A DNA stretch of 64,000 nucleotides from a virus: IMG/VR virus record IMGVR_UViG_3300023174_000159, positions 2,837-66,836 of that record. One strand, 5' to 3'. Under the pieces are notes generated by a model, which was not told where the DNA came from, made no database searches, and saw only the letters and a program-made list of their open reading frames with translations. Position numbers and translations under genes: made by a program. Below, in pieces: positions 39,371 to 48,868 of this stretch. Position 1 is the first letter of the stretch, and every line of letters begins with the position of its first letter.

Positions 39371-40265
39371 AGTATTAGTCACTGGGGGGCATGGATTGGT
39401 GGGATCTATATTAGAAGCTGATGTTAAAGTCGGTAGAGAATTTGACTTGAGAATACCCGAAGAATCAAATAGGTTGATCGAAACTTATAAACCAACACAT
39501 GTTATACATTGCGCGGCTAAAGTTGGCGGGATAGGTGGTAATATATCAGCTATGGGAGAATATTTCTACGATAATTTGATGATCAATACTAACATTATTG
39601 AATCGTGTAGATTAAATAATGTCGAAAAATTGGTAGTGTTTCTATCTACATGTATATTCCCAGCAGACGTTGAATATCCATTAACAGAAGATAAGATTCA
39701 TTTAGGACCACCACATGAAACTAATTATGGATATGGTTATTCTAAAAGAATGGCAGAGGTGCAAATTAGATCGTATAATCAACAATATGGCACGAAATAT
39801 TTTGCCGTTATACCATGTAATATGTATGGACTTAATGATAATTATAATTTAGAAAATACTCATGTCATACCAGCTTTGATACATAAGGTTTATTTAGCTA
39901 AAATAAATAATACCAATTTACATGTTTGGGGAAGTGGTAATCCTTTGAGAGAATTTATTTATGCCAAAGACGTTGCAAATATAATAAAATTATTGATGGA
40001 TAAATATAATAGAACATCTCCGATTATATTATCAACTTCTAACGAAGTTTCTATTAGAGAAGTTGTAGAAATGATATGCGATATTATGGATTTTAAAAAT
40101 AAAGTAATATTTGACACATCTAAACCCGATGGGCAATTCAAGAAACCATCTGATAATTCATATTTAAAATCTATAATCGGAGATTACGAATTTACGACAT
40201 TACGAGTTGGTTTGGAAGAAACCATAAAGCATTTTATTAAAAACTACAATACAATTAGATTATGA
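39363..40265 (+). CDS. fcl: GDP-L-fucose synthase
   Basis: VLVTGGHGLVG, AAKVGGI, LSTCIFP, YGYSKR, PCNMYG..DNY, HVIPALI, WGSG.PLREF, KPDGQ. Confidence 0.93.
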   Translation: MGKVLVTGGHGLVGSILEADVKVGREFDLRIPEESNRLIETYKPTHVIHCAAKVGGIGGNISAMGEYFYDNLMINTNIIESCRLNNVEKLVVFLSTCIFPADVEYPLTEDKIHLGPPHETNYGYGYSKRMAEVQIRSYNQQYGTKYFAVIPCNMYGLNDNYNLENTHVIPALIHKVYLAKINNTNLHVWGSGNPLREFIYAKDVANIIKLLMDKYNRTSPIILSTSNEVSIREVVEMICDIMDFKNKVIFDTSKPDGQFKKPSDNSYLKSIIGDYEFTTLRVGLEETIKHFIKNYNTIRL

Positions 40266-41476
40266 AAGAATTATTCACATTAGGCGAGCTACACGTTTCA
40301 GATTTTTTAATCGATGGGGAGAAATCTAGAGGTGGAAAGGTAGAATTAAAAATGATGCTAGATGAAGAGACTGGTGCGGTTAGATTGCAAGAACAAACGC
40401 CGCTGGGTGATATGTTTGGTAAATATTGGTATCGTTCGGGTATAAATCATACAATGAAGAGAGAGTTAGAGGGAATCGTAAACTCTATACATGATGTCAC
40501 AAAACTTGAAGAAAATGATATGTGGGTTGATATCGCATGTAATGATGGAACATTGCTCAGTTATCTACCTAAAAATTTAATTAGGATTGGTATCGATCCA
40601 GTAGATGATTCATATAAACAAGAATCTGAAAAACACGCGGATTTGATTATACAAGATTACTTCAATGCATCATTGCTCAAGAAAAGTAAATTCGGTCATT
40701 TGAAAGCTAAAGTTGTAACCACAATCGCAATGTTTTACGATTTGGAAAATCCAATACCATTCATTAAAGATGTTTATGATATAATAGAGGATGACGGTCT
40801 ATGGGTGTTACAGATGAGTTACACCCCATTAATGATTGAGCAATTAGCTTTCGATAATATATGCCATGAACATATGTATTACTACTCACTGTTTAATATT
40901 AAGAATATTTTAGAGAAAAATGGATTTCAAGTAGTGGACTGTCAATTAAACGATGTTAATGGGGGGTCTTTTAGGGTTTACGTGATGAAGGATAATGCTA
41001 ACTTAAAAACTTTTGGAACTCAACCGTATAGAGATGTCGCCAGATATAGAGTCAATTCTATATTAGCTTATGAGAAATCTTTAGAGTTAGATAAGGTTGA
41101 AATTTGGATTGAATTTTTTAAACGTATAAATGAGTTGAAAGTGAAAACCGTTTCGTTCATTTTGGAACAAAAATCCAAGGGTAAGGTTATATGGGGGTAT
41201 GGTGCATCCACTAAGGGTAATACCTTACTACAATATTTTGGACTTGATAATACAATGATCGATGGAATCGCTGAAAGAAATCCTGACAAATGGGGATTAC
41301 ATACTGTTGGAACTAATATTCCCATATATTCTGAAGAAGAAATGAGAAAAGCGAACCCAGATTTTTTATTGGTATTACCTTGGCATTTCATAAATGAATT
41401 TGTTGAAAGAGAAAAAGAATTTCTCAACAAAGGTGGTAAATTTATCGTACCGTGTCCGAAATTTGAAATAATTTAA
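40262..41476 (+). CDS. NDP-sugar C-methyltransferase
   Basis: YWYRSG, DIACNDGTLL, FDNICHEH..YYS, NGGS, YGASTKGNTLL, LVLPWHF. Confidence 0.88.
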   Translation: MKELFTLGELHVSDFLIDGEKSRGGKVELKMMLDEETGAVRLQEQTPLGDMFGKYWYRSGINHTMKRELEGIVNSIHDVTKLEENDMWVDIACNDGTLLSYLPKNLIRIGIDPVDDSYKQESEKHADLIIQDYFNASLLKKSKFGHLKAKVVTTIAMFYDLENPIPFIKDVYDIIEDDGLWVLQMSYTPLMIEQLAFDNICHEHMYYYSLFNIKNILEKNGFQVVDCQLNDVNGGSFRVYVMKDNANLKTFGTQPYRDVARYRVNSILAYEKSLELDKVEIWIEFFKRINELKVKTVSFILEQKSKGKVIWGYGASTKGNTLLQYFGLDNTMIDGIAERNPDKWGLHTVGTNIPIYSEEEMRKANPDFLLVLPWHFINEFVEREKEFLNKGGKFIVPCPKFEII

Positions 41477-41477
41477 A

Positions 41478-42215
41478 ATGAATAAAAAAATTAAAATCAG
41501 TGTGTTATTACCAACACGAGGTAGATTTGCGGCGTTTAAAAATTCTGTGGAATCACTATTGGATACTTGCAATAATGTGAATAATTTTGAGATATTACTT
41601 GCAATGGATAATGATGATATAGATACCGTTCGTGATACGGAAGAATACATTAAATCTAAAGATAATATACAGATGTTTTTATGTGAGAGGCATCATTATT
41701 TAAATCTCAATAATTATTATAATGAATTGTCTGAAAAATCAATTGGCGATTCTTTATTTTTGTGGAATGATGATGCTATTATGGAGAGTGGTGGGTGGGA
41801 TGATATCCTAATTAAAGAACATGAGAAATTTTGTGTGATAAGTCCTAAAGTTAGTAATATGCAACATTACTGGAATACGCAGGGAGTATTATTTCCCATA
41901 ATACCTCGGAAGTGGTTCGACTTAACAGGTAGATTGTCATATGTCCAAGCAGCCGATTCATGGATCGACATCTTGAGTAAAAGATTGGGATTATTGCATA
42001 ATGTTGGAGAGATTAGTATATATCATGATAGACATGATATAACTGGTAATAATCATGATAATACCTACACAGAAGGAAGATCGGGGGTTGCAGTATCCAA
42101 AAAAGGATGGGCAGAAGAAATAGAAAAAGATTATGAAAAGTTAAACACATATATAGAAACATTGGATCAAGACTTCACATCAACGTGGGGAAGAAATATT
42201 AACTATGCAAAATGA
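41478..42215 (+). CDS. Glycosyltransferase GT2-like
   Basis: SVLLPTRGR, EILLAMDNDD, LWNDD, FPII. Confidence 0.8.
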   Translation: MNKKIKISVLLPTRGRFAAFKNSVESLLDTCNNVNNFEILLAMDNDDIDTVRDTEEYIKSKDNIQMFLCERHHYLNLNNYYNELSEKSIGDSLFLWNDDAIMESGGWDDILIKEHEKFCVISPKVSNMQHYWNTQGVLFPIIPRKWFDLTGRLSYVQAADSWIDILSKRLGLLHNVGEISIYHDRHDITGNNHDNTYTEGRSGVAVSKKGWAEEIEKDYEKLNTYIETLDQDFTSTWGRNINYAK

Positions 42216-43006
42216 TTTACGATATTTTTAGCTTTAACAACGAACTCGACATGTTGGAATTGAGATTGAATATTCTCGATCCATACGTGGATAAATTTGT
42301 ATTGGTGGAAGCGGACAAGACTTTCAGTGGTGTTGATAAGCCGTTGTATTACGAAGAGAATAAGGAACGCTTTGAGAAATTCCACGATAAGATTATCCAT
42401 TACAAGGTTTTAGATTCTCCGACATCGTTTGATGATCCAAATTGCGATCAGGAGATTCTACAGATGGCTCTAAATAGTAGCAATGTTGATAGGGGGCATA
42501 TTTGTTGGTTGGTTGAATTCTTTCAAAAGGAAAGTATAAAAAAAGCATTGGTGGATTTAAATGATAACGATATTTGTTGGGTTTCAGATGTTGATGAAAT
42601 TTGGAATTATGGTTTAAAATTTGATATAAATGATGTTGATATTTATAAACCAAAAATTAATAATTGTTATATAGAATATCTTAATATTAAAACAAATGAA
42701 AACTGGACATATTTTACTGGTCCTATCGTAACTAGATGGAAAAATATCAAAAATGAATGTTTAAATCATATAAGGACACAAAACAAAATGAACCATATTT
42801 ATAAATTTATTGATAATGGAGGATGGCATTTCAATGCTTTGGGTGGAGTTCAAAAAAAGATAAATGATTTTCAACATCCTGTATATCATACTCAGTATAT
42901 GGAATATAGAAAAAATGGTTGGAGGGTTGATGAGGAGGGATTGCCTGAATATGTAATAAATCATCGTGATGAATTGAAAAAAAAGAATTTTATTTATGAA
43001 ACCTGA
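42212..43006 (+). CDS. GT17-like (beta-1,4-GlcNAc transferase family)
   Basis: IYD.F.FNNELDMLELRL..L...VDKFVLVEA..TFSG..KP, SDVDEI, GGWHF. Confidence 0.88.
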   Translation: MIYDIFSFNNELDMLELRLNILDPYVDKFVLVEADKTFSGVDKPLYYEENKERFEKFHDKIIHYKVLDSPTSFDDPNCDQEILQMALNSSNVDRGHICWLVEFFQKESIKKALVDLNDNDICWVSDVDEIWNYGLKFDINDVDIYKPKINNCYIEYLNIKTNENWTYFTGPIVTRWKNIKNECLNHIRTQNKMNHIYKFIDNGGWHFNALGGVQKKINDFQHPVYHTQYMEYRKNGWRVDEEGLPEYVINHRDELKKKNFIYET

Positions 43007-43805
43007 ATTATACGGTACTGTAACCGACAATACTCATTTAGATGAGATAGATTTTAAATGTAGAGTAGTCATAGAACCATCAACCGACTATTTTAACTAC
43101 CATTTAATAAATGATAGATTGAAATATGAAAAATTAATATTGTTACATGGTCTGGAACCACCACCCATAAATTATATTAAAAATGAAATATTAAACAATT
43201 ACCAATTATTTGATCATATATATTCATATGATGATGAAATTGTAGCAATCTGTAATAATGCTAAATCCTTTGCATTTGGTTCTTGTTGGGTATTAATGAA
43301 CGAACAACTAGAACGAATTGAAAAAAAATCTGAATATAAAGATGTCTTTAATATAAAAGATAAAAAATTTAAAATTTCTTTTATAAAGTCTGGGAAAAAT
43401 CAATTAGAAGGTCATAAATTAAGACATATAGTGGATTTATCAGGGTTTGAAGGGGAGATATTTATTCCTCATAATCATATACCATCAAAAATACCATTAT
43501 TTACCGATTCAATGTTTCATGTATGTATCGAAAATTCACGATATAATAATTATTTCACTGAAAAGCTAATTGATTGTTTGATCAGCAAAACAATTCCAAT
43601 ATATTGGGGATGTCCAAATATATCAAAATACTTTAATACTGAAGGGATGTTTATTGTTAATAACATCGAAGAAATGAATCAAGTGATAAAGAATTTATCA
43701 GTAAAAGATTATTATGATAAATTAAATGCAGTATTAGAAAATTTCAAACTTTGCAAAGAATATGCCTTTTTTTGGGACAGGTTGAATGAATATATTTTAA
43801 AATAA
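42996..43805 (+). CDS. GT10-like (alpha-1,3-fucosyltransferase family)
   Basis: F.VCIENS...NYFTEKLIDC....TIPIYWG. Confidence 0.85.
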   Translation: MKPELYGTVTDNTHLDEIDFKCRVVIEPSTDYFNYHLINDRLKYEKLILLHGLEPPPINYIKNEILNNYQLFDHIYSYDDEIVAICNNAKSFAFGSCWVLMNEQLERIEKKSEYKDVFNIKDKKFKISFIKSGKNQLEGHKLRHIVDLSGFEGEIFIPHNHIPSKIPLFTDSMFHVCIENSRYNNYFTEKLIDCLISKTIPIYWGCPNISKYFNTEGMFIVNNIEEMNQVIKNLSVKDYYDKLNAVLENFKLCKEYAFFWDRLNEYILK

Positions 43806-43808
43806 ATT

Positions 43809-44420
43809 ATGAATAGAACAGAAATTATTATGAATAGAGCAGAAATTATTAATGAATTGATTAACAAATACGGATACACATCCTATTTAGAAATAGGGAT
43901 CAATAATCCAAATGTTGATAGGAGTTGGGAAAAAATAAAAGTTGATATTAAACATGGTATTGATCCAAATTTTGAAACTACATATCAGATGACATCTGAT
44001 GAATTTTTTTCAAATCATGTAAATCAAAATTATGATATTATTTTCGTAGATGGGTTGCACGTATTTGAACAAGTATATAAAGATATTAAGAATTCATTAA
44101 AATATTTAAATAATAGTGGTACTATTATAGTGCATGATTGTAATCCTTTAAATGAAATTGTTCAAAGACCAGAACGTGTTTCCGATGTTTGGAATGGTGA
44201 TGTTTGGAAAGCAATCGTTAAGCTTCGTATGGAAGAAATTGATCTAACTATTCATACAGTTGACACGGATGAAGGATGCGCTATTATTCGTCGTGGAAGT
44301 CAAGTTCTGCTTCCTGTCTCTCCTGAAGAAAACCCATATGATTATTCATTTCTGGAAAGACGAAGGGTAGAATCTTTGAATTTAATCAGTGTTGAAGATT
44401 TTAAAAAAATATATTTATAA
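43809..44420 (+). CDS. Class I SAM methyltransferase (Methyltransf_24-like)
   Basis: YLEIG, GIDP, MTSDEFF, DIIFVDGLH, IIVHDCNP, WNGDVWKA. Confidence 0.88.
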   Translation: MNRTEIIMNRAEIINELINKYGYTSYLEIGINNPNVDRSWEKIKVDIKHGIDPNFETTYQMTSDEFFSNHVNQNYDIIFVDGLHVFEQVYKDIKNSLKYLNNSGTIIVHDCNPLNEIVQRPERVSDVWNGDVWKAIVKLRMEEIDLTIHTVDTDEGCAIIRRGSQVLLPVSPEENPYDYSFLERRRVESLNLISVEDFKKIYL

Positions 44421-44428
44421 ACAACATA

Positions 44429-44776
44429 ATGTTCAAAGCAATAAATCATATATTATTTGAAAATTCTTCTAAAGAAATAGATTCAGAATCTTTAGAAGAG
44501 TTTGTTCCTTATATGGTAACAAGATATTTTTCTTTTTATGATGATGGAAAATATATAGATTATATTAATTCTACAATTAATAAATATCATGGAATTTTTA
44601 AATCAACGGAAGAGGAATATAAATTCTATGAAAATATAATTCCTAAATTAAAAAAGAAAAAGATCAATTATATTAAAAAAATTAAAAAAGATAAAAATAA
44701 AGAAACTCCAAAAAAAGTTATTCCTGATTTTTATTCAAAAAAAGAATGGGAAAACTTGACATCCAAAGATATATAA
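44429..44776 (+). CDS. gp62: Clamp-loader small subunit (gp62-like)
   Basis: FVPYMVTRYFS, IN.Y, YKFY..IIPK.KK...YIKK. Confidence 0.7.
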   Translation: MFKAINHILFENSSKEIDSESLEEFVPYMVTRYFSFYDDGKYIDYINSTINKYHGIFKSTEEEYKFYENIIPKLKKKKINYIKKIKKDKNKETPKKVIPDFYSKKEWENLTSKDI

Positions 44777-44783
44777 TTAAATT
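44756..44783 (+). promoter_or_regulatory. Sigma70-type promoter
   Basis: TTGACA-N16-TAAATT-N5-ATG(44789). Confidence 0.65.
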
Positions 44784-44788
44784 TATAT

Positions 44789-45211
44789 ATGTCAGTTTCA
44801 ATAGATGCCTTATTTCCACAACGATCACACATTGATCTTTCAGATAAAATGTTGCCCACTGATTTTGGGCTAGATAATTTCATGTTATCTAATTTATTTG
44901 ATGATGTTATATTAATTGAGTATTGCGATATACAGGGAGGTGATGGTGGATCTGAATATATTTTAAGAGGAGGAATTGCAATTCCCGTTAACCAAATCCA
45001 TAATGCTTGGAGAAAAGGAAAAGTTATCCTGAATGGACCCAGAGTTCAATACACTAAAGTTGGAGATATTGTTGTATTCCCAAATAATATGGGAATACCA
45101 ATTACCAATTTAGAAATTGAAGATCATGGTAAAATTAAAAACGGATTGTTTATTAATGAACAGCGAATTTTTGGAATTTGTAAAGTTAATAGTAAAATAG
45201 ACAGTAAATAA
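44789..45211 (+). CDS. groES: GroES-like co-chaperonin (functional analogue of T4 gp31)
   Basis: LFDDVILIE, RGGIAIP, GKVILNGP...KVGDIVVF, FINEQRIFG. Confidence 0.82.
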   Translation: MSVSIDALFPQRSHIDLSDKMLPTDFGLDNFMLSNLFDDVILIEYCDIQGGDGGSEYILRGGIAIPVNQIHNAWRKGKVILNGPRVQYTKVGDIVVFPNNMGIPITNLEIEDHGKIKNGLFINEQRIFGICKVNSKIDSK

Positions 45212-45216
45212 TTTAG

Positions 45217-45705
45217 ATGGATCTTCCTAAATTATCTGATATTATCAAATCAGCTGCTGAATTTTTTAGAAATATAAAAAATTCGGTTTTAGGCAATATT
45301 AATAATCGCACTAGGAGAAAAATTGGTAGATCTGAATTAAAAAGTTTATTAAATTCAAATGTTTGTGAAATTATATTTTTAAGAAGAACTCCAGAAAGAG
45401 CACCAGTTCCGCCAAGAGCACAATGGAGAAGAATGTTATGCACCAACAGTATTCAAATTTTAAACAGTACCAATGGAAAAATATCTTTAAATTTTAGATT
45501 TCCAAGAAGTCCAAGAAGAATAGATGAAGTTAAGCACAACATAGTCGTGGTTTGGGATATTATAATGCAAGATTATAGAAATGTAAGTATGGAAAATTGC
45601 TATCTAATTCAAACAATCCCAGGAAACGATTCATTTTGGAAATATTATAATCAAGTTTTATATACTATGACTCCAGCTCAAAAAATTAATTTTATGGATA
45701 CTTAA
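45217..45705 (+). CDS. WYL/SH3-like phage protein
   Basis: L...VCEIIF.RR...RRMLCT...VVWDI...DYRNV. Confidence 0.6.
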   Translation: MDLPKLSDIIKSAAEFFRNIKNSVLGNINNRTRRKIGRSELKSLLNSNVCEIIFLRRTPERAPVPPRAQWRRMLCTNSIQILNSTNGKISLNFRFPRSPRRIDEVKHNIVVVWDIIMQDYRNVSMENCYLIQTIPGNDSFWKYYNQVLYTMTPAQKINFMDT

Positions 45706-45706
45706 A

Positions 45707-46033
45707 ATGAACAACATTGAACAACAATTAAAAAAATGTATTTTAAAAAATGTCAATTTTGTTATTGATGATAAATCTGTGCGTTCTGGAAAAATTAAAG
45801 TTTTTAATATCAAACAATTTTTTATAAGATTTAAAATCTTAACAGGTGACATAGAAAAAGAATATGAACTTCCATATCCTTATAAATTAATAGAAACTAA
45901 TAATGGATTTATATTTGATTATTGTTTGAGTGCTTTTTGCCCACCATCAAATGAAAATTATTATAAAATGTTACTTTGTGATAAAAGCAACGCATCTAAA
46001 ATATACAACAATTATCTGTTTATGAAATTTTGA
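45707..46033 (+). CDS. Hypothetical protein
   Basis: 108-aa ORF. Confidence 0.55.
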   Translation: MNNIEQQLKKCILKNVNFVIDDKSVRSGKIKVFNIKQFFIRFKILTGDIEKEYELPYPYKLIETNNGFIFDYCLSAFCPPSNENYYKMLLCDKSNASKIYNNYLFMKF

Positions 46034-46037
46034 TCAA

Positions 46038-46065
46038 TTGACATTTGAATTTTTTGAAGTAGTCT
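46038..46065 (+). promoter_or_regulatory. Sigma70-type promoter
   Basis: TTGACA-N16-TAGTCT-N7-ATG(46073). Confidence 0.65.
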
Positions 46066-46072
46066 GTTTAAA

Positions 46073-47689
46073 ATGTCTAATTTAATTCTTAATTTCCCCG
46101 AATCTTACAATCCATCACCGTTACAAGTTAAGATTCTAAAAAAGATAGAGCAATCTATTGCAAACGGTGATAAATTTATAGTTTGCAATGCTCCAACAGG
46201 ATCTGGTAAATCATTCTTCGCTCCAACATTGGCCAAGTATATAGGAGGACCAAGCGATACTTGGAAATCTAGAGTTGATGATTACAGTATATTCGGAGAA
46301 AAAGGATCTGAATATGTAGATGATGAATCATCATTTGGTATATATGCGTTGACTATTACGAAAGCATTACAAGATCAATATAAAAATTCATTTGATTCTG
46401 CTTCAGTATTAAAAGGCCAATCTAATTATCAATGTAATTATGATGATATGTTGACTGTTGATGTCGCTCCGTGTATATACATGCCAGCATTAAAGAAAGA
46501 ATGTTGGAGTTGTAACAGATGCAGTTACTATAATGATAGAAACATGATGTTGAAAAGTGAATTTGCAATATTGAATTATAGTATGTATTTTTCTTTACCA
46601 GACCATTTAAAAAGAAGAAAAATATTGGTTTTGGATGAAGCTTCAGAGTTAGAAGAACAATTAGTAAATCAATTTACTTGTGAAATAGATTTATCTTTTT
46701 TGAAAAAAACATACATTAAAATATCAGCATTTCCTTCTGATGAAAAGGCTTCAAATGTTTTATCTTGGTTGGGTAAATTGTTATCTGAAATAAAAACCAC
46801 AATCGATTCATATTTGGATTATTTTAAAGATAAGAAAAATAAAGATTCCGAATTTCATAAAAAGAAAGGTGAATATTCAAAACTATTGAATATTTCTAAA
46901 AAAATAGAATTATTAATAGAAACATATTATGATAGTCAATATATCATTGAACATGGAGATACAATTCTGAAATTCATTCCTTTAAAAATTGATAAATTAA
47001 GCAAATATCTGTTTGATAATGCAGATCATATTATTTTATTAAGTGCTACTATAATAGATCCAATTAATTTCTGTAATAACTTGGGTATTTCAAAATATTC
47101 ATATATTGAAGTAAATTCAGAATTCGATCCTGAAAAATCTCCAATTTATATTTTAGCTAAACAAAAAATTAATTATACTAATCTTAAATCGTTACTTCCT
47201 AAAATTTGCAAACAAATTGAGGGAATTTTAGAAGAACATAAAGATCAAAAAGGTATTATACATACACACACTCAATTTATAACTGATTATATCAGAGATA
47301 ATGTAAATTCTGATCGATTACTTTGCAGAGAATTAGGAACATCAAATGATGTAATTCTAGAAAAGCATTCGAAAAAAACCAAAGCTACTGTATTGGTATC
47401 TCCATCTATGACATACGGAGTTGACTTGAAAGGAGACTTGGCCGAATTTCAAATAATATTGAAAGCTCCATGGCTACCAACAAAAGATCCAAGAGTTGAA
47501 AAAATGATGAAACTTGATAACAATTGGTATTCTAATAAAATGCTTTGTAACTTGGTACAAGCTTGCGGTAGAGGTGTGAGAGCAACAACAGACGAGTGCA
47601 TTACTTATATACTAGATGGTAGTATATTTGATGCAATTGCCAAAAATAAGAAAAAGTTACCCAAATACTTTTTAGATAGACTTCAATAA
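46073..47689 (+). CDS. DinG/XPD-family SF2 helicase with Fe-S-type Cys cluster
   Basis: APTGSGKS, LQDQY, KGQSNYQC...C...C..C..C.Y, LDEA, LSATI, GVDL, QACGRGVR, YILD. Confidence 0.9.
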   Translation: MSNLILNFPESYNPSPLQVKILKKIEQSIANGDKFIVCNAPTGSGKSFFAPTLAKYIGGPSDTWKSRVDDYSIFGEKGSEYVDDESSFGIYALTITKALQDQYKNSFDSASVLKGQSNYQCNYDDMLTVDVAPCIYMPALKKECWSCNRCSYYNDRNMMLKSEFAILNYSMYFSLPDHLKRRKILVLDEASELEEQLVNQFTCEIDLSFLKKTYIKISAFPSDEKASNVLSWLGKLLSEIKTTIDSYLDYFKDKKNKDSEFHKKKGEYSKLLNISKKIELLIETYYDSQYIIEHGDTILKFIPLKIDKLSKYLFDNADHIILLSATIIDPINFCNNLGISKYSYIEVNSEFDPEKSPIYILAKQKINYTNLKSLLPKICKQIEGILEEHKDQKGIIHTHTQFITDYIRDNVNSDRLLCRELGTSNDVILEKHSKKTKATVLVSPSMTYGVDLKGDLAEFQIILKAPWLPTKDPRVEKMMKLDNNWYSNKMLCNLVQACGRGVRATTDECITYILDGSIFDAIAKNKKKLPKYFLDRLQ

Positions 47690-47714
47690 TGAAAGAAAAT
47701 CTTAAATAAGTTAA

Positions 47715-48827
47715 GTGATTAAATATTCGTATCATCGTGAGCAACTTGATTTATTAATGCTTTTTACATCAGCATTTGATGATGCTTTCGTATACAGATA
47801 TAATTTTAATACAAAAACACCAGAATCTAAAATACAAGTTAGATACATACATGGGCCGAAGCAGCGAGTAATACATGATATAGTAACAAAGGAAAAAACT
47901 TTAACTTTACCAGTTGTAGCAATAGAGCAAACTGGATTATCCAGAGATCCAGACAGAGTTTTCCATAAACATCAAAATATATACAGACCATTATTGGGAA
48001 ATGTTTCAAAGATTGGTAAAATCCCAACACCGATTCCTGTAACTATGGATGTCAAAGTATCTATAATTGCAAAATATAAAGAAGATATTGATCAAATTAT
48101 TCAAAATTTTGTTACTGTTTGTAATCCTTATTTTGTTGTTTCTTGGAAGATTCCAGAAGAATTCGGATTAGATTTCACTGATGAATTAAGAGTTCAAATT
48201 GAATGGGCTGGGAATATTTCTTATACAACACCAGATTCATTGGGAGTTGATGACAAATATAGGATAAGTGCTGATACAACTTTCACTATAAAAGGTTGGC
48301 TTTTTCCATCATTGCAAAATCCAGAAGCTCCTATTTATGTTGTTAATACCAAATTTATAAATCAAAATTTAGCATCAAGAGTGACAGGATATGATGATTA
48401 TCCAACATTATCAGCATCATATGTTGAGTCTGATACTATATTAATATCAGCATATCCAGAATTTACTAATTTTTACTATTCAGTTTCTGGAGACATAATT
48501 CCATTATCAGAACCCACTGCATTTAATTATAAAGTAAGAAATAATTTCTTAATATTAGGAAAGCGTTTTGGTTACAATAATACATGGTATTTAAGTTCTC
48601 CGCAAACAAAACAGTTCTCATTAAATTTTGTAGAAATTAAAACGGCTAGATTTCCGATTATATCGGCTTATAAAATTCCTGAAAACTTAATAACTACATA
48701 CACAGATAATAATGTAGCAATATCATTTCCAGAAAATTTATTATCAGCTTTAAGTGCAAACTTTACTATAGTAACTGCCAATAGTGCTGGGTGGACATCT
48801 TCCAAATATCCATTTTCAAAACGATGA
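47715..48827 (+). CDS. gp15: Tail terminator / sheath stabiliser (gp15-like) with C-terminal extension
   Basis: F...FDD..V.R, YIHGPKQR, TLPVVAIE.TG.SRD..R, P.PV, DQI.QN, FTIKGWLF; GTG start after TAAATA-N6. Confidence 0.82.
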   Translation: MIKYSYHREQLDLLMLFTSAFDDAFVYRYNFNTKTPESKIQVRYIHGPKQRVIHDIVTKEKTLTLPVVAIEQTGLSRDPDRVFHKHQNIYRPLLGNVSKIGKIPTPIPVTMDVKVSIIAKYKEDIDQIIQNFVTVCNPYFVVSWKIPEEFGLDFTDELRVQIEWAGNISYTTPDSLGVDDKYRISADTTFTIKGWLFPSLQNPEAPIYVVNTKFINQNLASRVTGYDDYPTLSASYVESDTILISAYPEFTNFYYSVSGDIIPLSEPTAFNYKVRNNFLILGKRFGYNNTWYLSSPQTKQFSLNFVEIKTARFPIISAYKIPENLITTYTDNNVAISFPENLLSALSANFTIVTANSAGWTSSKYPFSKR

Positions 48828-48868
48828 TAAAATAATTGATATTTAATATTTATACCTAAATAAGATAT

